From Candidatus Saccharibacteria bacterium RIFCSPHIGHO2_12_FULL_41_12 (lineage in GTDB: Bacteria > Patescibacteriota > Saccharimonadia > Saccharimonadales > 2-12-FULL-41-12): a DNA stretch of 64,000 nt. Of this stretch, positions 16,212 through 24,164 are shown piece by piece; position 1 is the first letter of the stretch; each line of letters opens with the position of its first letter. The DNA lies in the NCBI GenBank assembly GCA_001790445.1, contig MGCQ01000008.1:26676-90675 (forward strand), given 5' to 3'. The notes beneath the pieces are model-generated. The model was not told where the DNA came from. It made no database searches and was given only the letters and a program-made list of their open reading frames with translations. The position numbers and the translations under genes are program-made.

Positions 16212-17051
16212 ATGAATGAAGTGGGACTAGGCGAGGCGTTGCAACAAGCCCGCAAAAATAAAGGGCTAACCCAGCAACAGCTCTGCCAAAAGACCGGGCT
16301 AAGTTATTCTACTTTGGCAAAGATCGAACGTGGCGCTATCAAATCTCCCTCTATTTTTACTGTGGCACAGATTACCAAAGCTTTGGGTGTAAGCATTGAC
16401 GAAGTTGTTGGAGTTGTCCACCAACCTGCTCAACAAGCCCAAAAGAAAGTTGCCAAAAACGGCGTTAGATTTATATATTTTGATATTAATGGCTGTTTGC
16501 TCCAATTTTACTACAGGGCATTCGCGCAGATTGCACTGGATTCCGGAGCGCCCTCAGAACAAGTTGAAGAAATATTTTGGCGATATAATTCAGAAGTGTG
16601 CGCGGGCGCTCTATCAGTTGAAGAATTTAACCAACAGATGGCAAAAAAAATTAATTTGTCTGATTTTCAGTGGCAAGACTACTATCTAAAAGCCGTCTCA
16701 CCTATCAAAGAAACCGCCGATGTTATTACCTGGGCTAGCCAGCATTACTGCGTTGGGCTTTTGACTAACATAATGCCGGGGATAGTTGATGAACTTGTCA
16801 AAAAAGGTTTGATACCAGATATTCATTATGATCAGATTATTGATTCGTCAAAAGTTGGTATGATCAAGCCTGATCCCGCAATTTTTGAACTTGCCACCCA
16901 GCGTGCTGGCGCTAAGCCGGAAGAAATACTTTTTGTTGATGACGAGAGAGCTAACTTAACAGAAGCAAGTAAACAAGGCTGGCGCACCTTGTGGTTTGAC
17001 GCATACGACACAGAGAAATCCGCTCAAAAAATCCGTGATACTTTAGTCTAA
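16212..17051 (+). CDS. fusion protein: XRE-type HTH domain plus HAD-superfamily hydrolase domain
   Basis: N-terminal LGEALQQARKNKGLTQQQLCQKTGLSYSTLAKIERG (HTH_3 pattern). The C-terminal HAD motifs are IYFDINGCL (motif I with Asn replacing the second Asp), LLTN, KPDPAIF and VDDERANL. Confidence 0.7.
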   Translation: MNEVGLGEALQQARKNKGLTQQQLCQKTGLSYSTLAKIERGAIKSPSIFTVAQITKALGVSIDEVVGVVHQPAQQAQKKVAKNGVRFIYFDINGCLLQFYYRAFAQIALDSGAPSEQVEEIFWRYNSEVCAGALSVEEFNQQMAKKINLSDFQWQDYYLKAVSPIKETADVITWASQHYCVGLLTNIMPGIVDELVKKGLIPDIHYDQIIDSSKVGMIKPDPAIFELATQRAGAKPEEILFVDDERANLTEASKQGWRTLWFDAYDTEKSAQKIRDTLV

Positions 17052-18430
17052 GAATTAGTCTGGATAAATTTAGATAGATCTTTAATTATTTCCTGAATTT
17101 TGGCTGTACCTGGCTTGGCTTCGCCCCAGATGCGCACGACTGGCTCTGTACCAGAAGTTCTGACGACAATACGACCTTTGTCGCCCAGGCTATCTTTGAC
17201 TGATTTTATTTGTTGTTGGATCGTAGCATTTTCCTCAATTTTTGGAGCGTTCGGGTTAATTATCACTGTGGTTTTAGCTTCTGGCCAAAGAGGAAGCTCT
17301 TTGTGAATATCTGCAAAAGTTTTACCTTGGCGCGATACATATGACGCAAACCAAGCAGCCATGCGCACGCCGTCCCCACTTGATAACCAGGCAGTATCTA
17401 CATGGTGACCGGTGAATTCCCCGCCGCGGGTCCAGTTGTCTCCCCTGGCTTGGCGAGCGACCAGCGCAGCAGTTACGGCAGTGTCGCCGTTGGCGCATTG
17501 CTCAAACTCAACCCCCATTTGATTAAGGGCCTCAACAAGCCCACTGTTGGTGTAAAGTGTGCCAACAATTCCTGGCTGTCCTTTGGCCAGTGCCAAAAAA
17601 ACGTGATTGCCATTAATCTCAACAAAATTATTATTTCCTAGGATCCCGATACCCATCATGCGATCACCATCGCCATCGCACGCAATCGCACCGATAAAAT
17701 TTGGATCACTTGTGATTTCTGAATGACTTTTTAAATAATCTTTAACACCATTTAAATTTGCTGCGCCACAATCCTGATTGATCTTCCCTACCCCGTCGCA
17801 AGCAAATCTATAAACTTTGGCACCAAGTTGCTCTAAAATTACCGGAGTATAATTCATGGTTGCCCCATTGGCCCCATCAACGACAAATACTTTACCAGCA
17901 AGCGGTTGAGCAGAAAATTCCCTCTCGATATCTTTGACAACTTCATTTATGTACCAACCTGAGAGTTCATGCTTATCAATGACCTGCCCAGCAGACTTTG
18001 GTTTATGGGTTTTTTGAAGATTATCCCAATATATATCACTAACTTTGTTTGCTTGCCCGGTTGTTAGTTTGTCTCCAGCAATTGCCGCTTTCCAGCCGTT
18101 ATCAGTGTATGGATTATGGCTGGCTGTGATCATTACTGCCAGAGTTTTGAAATGACGAGCGACTTTAAATGTTCCTGGGGTTGGCATAACTCCTAAATCC
18201 CAAACTTCTACACCAGCCGTGGCGCCTGCTTGGATTACAGCTTGAGCCAAGGCGTTACTAGATGGGCGAGTATCGCGTCCCACTACTAGAATTTTATATT
18301 CTTTGGTAAATTCAATTAGCGCTGTAGTCAATTTAGAAATAGTCTCTGTGTTGAGTAAGCCTGGTCCAGTTTGCTCAGTATATTCTCCTCTAAACCCATC
18401 CGTCCCAAATAACGACTTTGAGAGCATCAT
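17048..18430 (-). CDS. glmM: phosphoglucosamine mutase (alpha-D-phosphohexomutase family)
   Basis: Active-site loop MITASHNPYTDNGWK, metal site ACDGDGDR, and a 460-aa length typical of GlmM. Confidence 0.7.
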   Translation of the reverse strand: MMLSKSLFGTDGFRGEYTEQTGPGLLNTETISKLTTALIEFTKEYKILVVGRDTRPSSNALAQAVIQAGATAGVEVWDLGVMPTPGTFKVARHFKTLAVMITASHNPYTDNGWKAAIAGDKLTTGQANKVSDIYWDNLQKTHKPKSAGQVIDKHELSGWYINEVVKDIEREFSAQPLAGKVFVVDGANGATMNYTPVILEQLGAKVYRFACDGVGKINQDCGAANLNGVKDYLKSHSEITSDPNFIGAIACDGDGDRMMGIGILGNNNFVEINGNHVFLALAKGQPGIVGTLYTNSGLVEALNQMGVEFEQCANGDTAVTAALVARQARGDNWTRGGEFTGHHVDTAWLSSGDGVRMAAWFASYVSRQGKTFADIHKELPLWPEAKTTVIINPNAPKIEENATIQQQIKSVKDSLGDKGRIVVRTSGTEPVVRIWGEAKPGTAKIQEIIKDLSKFIQTNS

Positions 18431-20988
18431 AGGTCTCCTTTGTATTGAGCGATTTGCGTTGACAGTAGATCATGTTCTTTCTTGAGGTTTTCAAGCTTGT
18501 CCTTGCTCTCTCGAACCAGATCTTTCGGGGCTTTGTCTACGTAAGTGGAGTTTTTTAGACGGGACTGTAAAATTTCAATTTGCTTTTCAATATCCCCCAG
18601 TTGCCCAGCCAGCTGTTTGCTAAAACGTTCTGCGCTTTCAAAATCGATATCAAGCCAACATTTTTCATCCACGCTGATTAAAGTTAATCCCCTGCCGTCA
18701 CGGACTTGTTCGACACTCTCGAGTCTGGCTAATGATTTAATCAGATTTGATTGTAGATTAATAAATGGCGCATGGATGTAATACAGACCGCCCTTTTTGA
18801 TCTGTAGAGTGGTTTTGATATGTCTTATTTCGGATATGACTTTTTGGACTTTTTCGAAATCGTCGGATTTAGATTTTGAGTATGTTCCAATTTTGGGCCA
18901 AGTTTGGTTGATGAGCAGACTTTTGTCATCAGGATGCAAGGTTTGCCAAATAGTCTCTGTCAAAAATGGGGCAAATGGATGAGCGATCTTCAAAATAGAA
19001 CATAGGCTGTGAGCCAAAATAGGGGCGTTTGGGGCGGTTTTTGCGCTTTCTATGTACCAATCCGCAAAATCATCCCAAACAAAGTGATATAGCACGTCAT
19101 ATGCTTCACTGAGTTTGTAGTTTTCTAGATTTTTGTTAATTTGATCTGACGCTTCTGTTAATTTATGCAAAATCCAATGATCTGACTCAGTTTTTGGTTT
19201 AGGTGAAAAACTTTTCAGTGGCTTTTGGTCTAGTTTGTCCTCCACAAATCTAGCAATATTCCAGATTTTGTTACAAAAATTTCGGGCTTCTTCTACTCTA
19301 CGGTTATCATAGCCTCTGTTAACTCCGGCACTTCGCCCAGAAATTAGCCCCATACGCATAGCATCAGAGCCGTATTTTTCAACAACGGGCATTGGGTCAA
19401 TCACATTGCCAACAGATTTGCTCATTTTTGCTCCATCTTCAGCCATGACATAACCATGAATGTAGACTTCTTCAAAAGGTATTTTGCCTTTTTCATATAG
19501 CCCAAGCATGATCATTCGGCTAACCCACGGCTGTAGGATTTCTCCGCCAGTTTCCATTAGGCTATTGGGATAAAACTGTTGTTGGTCGGACTCTGATAAT
19601 GTTGCGTATGGCCAGCTAGAGCTGGTGAACCAAGTATCAAGTACATCAGGATCGCGCCTATATGTTTTACCATTTTTCTCAATCTCCTCTTTTGTGACTT
19701 CATCGCAAAATATCCAGTCTTCATTGTCGTCAATGTTGACAAATGCTGGTATTGGCACGCCCCAGGCAATTTGTCTTGATAGATTCCAATCCCAAAGATT
19801 CTCAAGATATGTAATTAATTGTTGTCTTTTAGAGTCAGGATAGAAAGTAATTTTTTTGGCTTTTAGAACTTTAATAGCTTCTGTTGCCAACGGTTTCATA
19901 TCTAAAAACCACTGTTGTTTGAGCATTGGTTCTATGACGGTGCCACATTTATAGCAGTGTCCGACGCTGTGCAGATGATCCTTTGTCTCAACCAAAAAAT
20001 CCTGTTTTTGAAGATTTTCAACTACTCGGATCCGCGCAGCCGACACATCCATATTTTGGTATTCTTCAGGGGCATTATGGTTGATTAGACCACCATGACT
20101 AATGACTTGAACCACTGGCAAATCGTGCCGCTTCCCTACTTCGGAGTCATTAAAATCATGAGCAGGAGTAATTTTCACTGCTCCAGTGCCAAAACCTTTA
20201 TCAACGTACTCATCAGCGATTATCGGGATTTCACGGTGAGTCAGAGGCAAACGAACAGTTTTGCCAACCATATCTTTGTACCGCGGATCTTTTGGATGAA
20301 CAGCCACAGCTGTGTCGCCAAGCATGGTTTCAGGCCGGGTAGTAGCAACGATTATCTCACCGCTTCCATCTGTTAGAGGATACCGAATTGACCAAATCTT
20401 GCCATTGACTTCTTTGTGCTCTACCTCGATATCTGCAAATCCTGTGCCGTGCAGAGTGCAGTAATTAACCAGTCTTTCACTTCTGTAGATCAGCCCCTCA
20501 TCCCACATTTTTTTGAATGTTTTGTAGGCTTGGTCAATGATTTTTTGGTCTAATGTAAAAGTGTAACGCGACCAATCACAACTAGCACCCATTTGACGAA
20601 CTTGTTTTTCGAATATGCCTCTGTTTTCGTCGACAAAATCCCAAATTTGAGCGTAGAGTTCATCCCGACTGAAATCAAATCTGCTTTTGCCATCTTTTGC
20701 CAGATGTTTTTCATAGACGGATTGGGTCTCAAAACCCGCGTGATCAGCCCCCGGTAAATAAAGAGCATGCTTGCCTTTGAGTCGTCTGTGGCGAATAACG
20801 GCATCTTGAATCGCTACAGTTAGCCCCATGCCAATATGCAGATTTGCATTAGCGTTTGGTGGAGGCATTACAATAGTGAATGAATCTTTGTGGCTCCCCT
20901 TCTTCGGGGTAAAGGCTTCCGATCCTTCCCATAGGTCATAAATATCTGCTTCGTACTGATTAGGCTCATAGTTCTTCGCTAGTTTCAT
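18427..20988 (-). CDS. valS: valine--tRNA ligase
   Basis: N-terminal YEPNQYEADIYDLWE, HIGH-type PPPNANANLHIGMG, KMSKS present, and a C-terminal coiled coil. 853 aa. Confidence 0.92.
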   Translation of the reverse strand: MKLAKNYEPNQYEADIYDLWEGSEAFTPKKGSHKDSFTIVMPPPNANANLHIGMGLTVAIQDAVIRHRRLKGKHALYLPGADHAGFETQSVYEKHLAKDGKSRFDFSRDELYAQIWDFVDENRGIFEKQVRQMGASCDWSRYTFTLDQKIIDQAYKTFKKMWDEGLIYRSERLVNYCTLHGTGFADIEVEHKEVNGKIWSIRYPLTDGSGEIIVATTRPETMLGDTAVAVHPKDPRYKDMVGKTVRLPLTHREIPIIADEYVDKGFGTGAVKITPAHDFNDSEVGKRHDLPVVQVISHGGLINHNAPEEYQNMDVSAARIRVVENLQKQDFLVETKDHLHSVGHCYKCGTVIEPMLKQQWFLDMKPLATEAIKVLKAKKITFYPDSKRQQLITYLENLWDWNLSRQIAWGVPIPAFVNIDDNEDWIFCDEVTKEEIEKNGKTYRRDPDVLDTWFTSSSWPYATLSESDQQQFYPNSLMETGGEILQPWVSRMIMLGLYEKGKIPFEEVYIHGYVMAEDGAKMSKSVGNVIDPMPVVEKYGSDAMRMGLISGRSAGVNRGYDNRRVEEARNFCNKIWNIARFVEDKLDQKPLKSFSPKPKTESDHWILHKLTEASDQINKNLENYKLSEAYDVLYHFVWDDFADWYIESAKTAPNAPILAHSLCSILKIAHPFAPFLTETIWQTLHPDDKSLLINQTWPKIGTYSKSKSDDFEKVQKVISEIRHIKTTLQIKKGGLYYIHAPFINLQSNLIKSLARLESVEQVRDGRGLTLISVDEKCWLDIDFESAERFSKQLAGQLGDIEKQIEILQSRLKNSTYVDKAPKDLVRESKDKLENLKKEHDLLSTQIAQYKGDL

Positions 20989-21032
20989 TTGGATGTATTA
21001 TAACAGATTAGAAACATCCACAAATAGTCTAT

Positions 21033-21062
21033 TTGACAGGAGTATATTCAAAAGTGTATACT
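21033..21062 (+). promoter_or_regulatory. promoter of the first DinJ/YafQ-type TA operon, with internal dyad
   Basis: TTGACA (21033-21038), 18 nt, then TATACT (21057-21062). The spacer holds the inverted repeat agtata...tatact. The ATG at 21069 is only 6 nt after the -10 box. Confidence 0.55.
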
Positions 21063-21068
21063 TTTGGT

Positions 21069-21353
21069 ATGAGTGATTATGCCATAATAAATTTAAAGAC
21101 TGACCCCAAGCTTAAAGCCCAGGCAGCCAAAACTGCCAACAAACTAGGGATTAGCATCAGTGCGGTTCTGAACAATGAGCTAAGGCGTTTTGCCACAGAA
21201 CAAAGTGTGGTTTTTGACTTACCTGAGTCTCCCAACCCACTTACCGAGGAGTTGCTTAAATCTTCAAAGAAACAGATTGATCAAGGCGATTATCACAAGT
21301 TTAACACCAACAAACAAGCTATCGACTTCCTGACCAAAGAGTTAAATGGATAG
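21069..21353 (+). CDS. RelB/DinJ-family antitoxin
   Basis: MSDYAIINLKTDPKLKAQAAKTANKLGISISAVLNNELRRFA (ribbon-helix-helix DinJ pattern), directly upstream of a YafQ-like toxin. The track start at 21033 coincides with the -35 box. Confidence 0.75.
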   Translation: MSDYAIINLKTDPKLKAQAAKTANKLGISISAVLNNELRRFATEQSVVFDLPESPNPLTEELLKSSKKQIDQGDYHKFNTNKQAIDFLTKELNG

Positions 21354-21367
21354 ATTTTTGCCTGCAA

Positions 21368-21625
21368 ATGACAATATCTTACACAAAAAACTTCATCAAA
21401 CAATCAAAAAAGCTCGACTCTAAACAACGAGCTAAGCTGATATCTCGGATCGAGCTTTATTCTGATAAGCCTGTTAGTCCCCTGCTTCGTGACCATGCTC
21501 TTAAGGGCAAATACAAGAATTACCGTAGTATAGATATTTCGGGTGACATGCGCGCGTTGTATCTGTTGAGTAAGAACGAAGCGATATTTGATATCGTCGG
21601 AACGCACAGCCAACTCTACGGCTAA
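21368..21625 (+). CDS. YafQ/RelE-family mRNA interferase toxin
   Basis: LRDHALKGKYKNYRSIDISGDMRALY...IVGTHSQLYG is the typical YafQ signature. Confidence 0.8.
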   Translation: MTISYTKNFIKQSKKLDSKQRAKLISRIELYSDKPVSPLLRDHALKGKYKNYRSIDISGDMRALYLLSKNEAIFDIVGTHSQLYG

Positions 21626-21648
21626 ACAGTGTTCAATCCAAAAGAGTA

Positions 21649-21677
21649 TTGACAAAGTAGCAAATACTTGCTATTAT
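21649..21677 (+). promoter_or_regulatory. promoter with AGCAAATACTTGCT dyad in the spacer
   Basis: TTGACA (21649-21654), 17 nt, then TATTAT (21672-21677). The dyad agcaa-atac-ttgct lies at 21659-21672. The architecture nearly matches the promoter at 25444-25472. Confidence 0.55.
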
Positions 21678-21721
21678 AATGATCAGTAAATCAAAAACAA
21701 AAGATCAAAAAGGAAAACAAA

Positions 21722-22291
21722 ATGCCAATTAGCCCCCACGAACAACAAGGACAACAGGAACAGTTATCCATTGGTGAAAGATATGCTCACGCAGCGAACG
21801 AGCATGCTATCCAGATATTGCAAGGTGCTGAGCCAGATGAGATGGCATTTCGATCATTGGCTGTACTTCAAACCAGAGGTAAGCTCGGAGAGCATACCAA
21901 TGAATGGAATGCTTTAGACGAAGAAGCTTTTTATCTGTTAGCAGACCATTTAGTGATTGATAGAAAAGATCTAGATAACATTGAAGAAGTTCAACAAGCG
22001 ATAGTAGCAGGTGATAAATTCCCAAAAAGTGCTTTTCCCCGTCTCGCGGCTTTGCTTATCAGTGGTGCTGATTTATTTAATCGAACAGTAGAACAATCTC
22101 CTGAAGTAATAGCTGGAGAAGAAAGGTACCACGAAGGAAACATAGAATCGCTAGAGGCACGCAACAAAAGACGACAACAGGAAACAATCGGCGAAACAGC
22201 TATAGCAGGTAGTGCAGGTGAACTATCTTCAGAAACACGACGGTCAATGAGACATCCTCACCCTAGAGGCGGTGGAAGCCGTGGTCGTTAA
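21722..22291 (+). CDS. hypothetical protein (acidic, C-terminal RGG-rich tail)
   Basis: 189-aa ORF behind a strong promoter. No TM helix and no recognisable motif. Ends in HPHPRGGGSRGR. Confidence 0.5.
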   Translation: MPISPHEQQGQQEQLSIGERYAHAANEHAIQILQGAEPDEMAFRSLAVLQTRGKLGEHTNEWNALDEEAFYLLADHLVIDRKDLDNIEEVQQAIVAGDKFPKSAFPRLAALLISGADLFNRTVEQSPEVIAGEERYHEGNIESLEARNKRRQQETIGETAIAGSAGELSSETRRSMRHPHPRGGGSRGR

Positions 22292-22542
22292 TATACTAAG
22301 TTAAGTAATTACCTTGTTACTACGTGGAAATAGGTAATTGAGCGTACAACAATACAGACCTTTGAGCGCTCGCTTGCAAAAGCTTATATCGGCATACCCT
22401 TATGATAGTTTTTGGTTTTGTTTTGTTTGCGCACAAGGTAGCTACCTAGTTTGCATTTTTCCGGACGTTTTTGTTTCAATTTTAGTATAATCCCAAAACC
22501 ATAAGCAATGCAACACTATTATTTTACATAACAAATAAACAC

Positions 22543-23046
22543 TTGCGCTAAAGCCTCCAAGGAGGCTTTTATCACCTTACTTTTTCTCACTAGCAAGAAA
22601 AAGTAAGCAAAAAGTGCCACCCCGGTGATCAAAAACTGCCCTAAGATTAAATAACTACAAACATACTATTCTTCCGGGACTCCTTCCAGTCGGGGACAAG
22701 CCCTGGTCCTCAGAATAATCTGTCTGTAGCCATTTAATCTAAAGGTGTTTTGACCAAGGGGACATTAAGCGGTCTAAAGTCATAATTAATAATATTTCCT
22801 ACGGAAATATACAAGGGAAGCTTGGGTCAGGCCTTGAGCAGACCTGAGAGATTTCGTCGAGATTACAACTATCAGACGAGGACTGTTTGAATGACCAAAG
22901 GGAGAGAGTTCCGCAGTCTGTTGTAATCTTCGACAAGAAATCACTTCAAGTCTGTTCAACCGCCTGCTACTTCTTTGCATACTTTCTTGTTAGCACAAGA
23001 AAGTATGGTGTATCAGGCCCTATTGGGCCGACGCAATGCATTTTTT
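22543..23046 (+). repeat. ~510-bp structured intergenic repeat, copy A (full length)
   Basis: Shares end modules and long internal blocks with 29667-30176 and 57033-57550, and its 3' half matches the reverse complement of 41217-41465. Modules: outer ttgcg...cgcaa, terminator-like GC hairpins, 12-bp sub-terminal hairpins, and apical hairpin atatttcc-tac-ggaaatat at 22791-22809. Confidence 0.9.
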
Positions 23047-23070
23047 GTATCTGTGAGAAGACAGACAGTT

Positions 23071-24129
23071 TCACATCTGTAAGGATGGCTCGATTTGTAG
23101 CGATTTATAGTCAACTAACTTCTTATTTTTCATATAAATTTGTGATCCCTGGGAGGCGATCATTGCTCCATTGTCAGTCGATAATTTTGGATCTGTTGAA
23201 TGCACTTTAGCCCCAAACAGTTCCTTTGCTCGTGTGCGCAAATATTGATTAGCAGATACTCCACCAGTGATAACGATGTTTTTGGACGCAAATTCTTGTT
23301 CTGCCTTGATTAGTTTTTCTAACAAGGTTTCTATTGCGGTGTATTCAAAACTAGCGGCAATATCGGCTTTTTGTTGATCTGATAGATGTTGGGCAATCTT
23401 TAAACTAGGGAAGGTGTAGTCTTTACCAATAACCTGTTGAGACAGACGAAGAACAGCTGTTTTCAGTCCAGAAAAGCTAAAATCGTAGGGGTTTTCTAGG
23501 CGGGATTTTGGTAGTTGATAGGTTTTTTGATCACCCTGCTTTGCTAACTTTGAAATACTTGGCCCACCAGGATATGGCAACCCCAAAATCTTCGCAACTT
23601 TATCAAATGCCTCACCCACTGCGTCGTCACGAGTCTTGCCCAAAACTTCGTATTTGGTAGGGGACAGATAATACACTATTTGACTGTGCCCACCACTGAC
23701 AATTAGGCAAAGGGCAGGGAACTCAAGTGGGGCTTTGGGTAGGTGATAGTTAAGTGATGTTTTAGTCAAAAAATTAACGGCCATGTGGGCCTGAACATGG
23801 TCAACTGGTATAAGCGGTTTGTCGTAAATTTGACCAAGTGTTTTGGCAGTCATAACCCCGACTAGCAGGCTCCCACCAAGCCCTGGACCATAAGTTACTG
23901 CGACAGCATCAATATTTGTCCACGTGCACCCTGCCTGCTTCATGGACTCAGCCAGAACTGGGATTATATATTCTATCTGTGCACGCGCTGCTACCTCTGG
24001 GACAATGCCTCCATACTGAGCTTGCAGATCCATAGAAGAAGCCACAACGTTGGACAGTAGTTCGCAGCCATCTTTTACTATTGCTACAGCTGTTTCATCG
24101 CAACTTGTCTCTATCCCTAAAATTAACAT
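23071..24129 (-). CDS. tsaD: tRNA N6-adenosine threonylcarbamoyltransferase
   Basis: MLILGIETSCDETAVAIV N-terminus plus Kae1/TsaD family length and motifs (GGVSAN, HMxxH-type region VDHVQAHM). Confidence 0.9.
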   Translation of the reverse strand: MLILGIETSCDETAVAIVKDGCELLSNVVASSMDLQAQYGGIVPEVAARAQIEYIIPVLAESMKQAGCTWTNIDAVAVTYGPGLGGSLLVGVMTAKTLGQIYDKPLIPVDHVQAHMAVNFLTKTSLNYHLPKAPLEFPALCLIVSGGHSQIVYYLSPTKYEVLGKTRDDAVGEAFDKVAKILGLPYPGGPSISKLAKQGDQKTYQLPKSRLENPYDFSFSGLKTAVLRLSQQVIGKDYTFPSLKIAQHLSDQQKADIAASFEYTAIETLLEKLIKAEQEFASKNIVITGGVSANQYLRTRAKELFGAKVHSTDPKLSTDNGAMIASQGSQIYMKNKKLVDYKSLQIEPSLQM

Positions 24130-24164
24130 ATTTCTATTATAACCGATCTGTTATGATATAAATT

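Noticed and set aside
22786-23210. ORFs inside repeat copy A (22786-22980 minus, 22887-23210 plus) and their look-alikes in copy C (41186-41368 minus, 41275-41490 plus), which appear to be conserved small proteins (MQRSSRRLNRL..., MNDQRERVPQSVV...).
   Set aside because: Their conservation only reflects ~90% DNA identity of the repeats. In copy B the homologous frame runs into the ccccgcc...ggcgggg hairpin and hits a stop (…gcg gaa ctc ccc cgc ctt tag). In copy D the region is replaced entirely. There are no ribosome-binding sites. They are better explained as non-coding.
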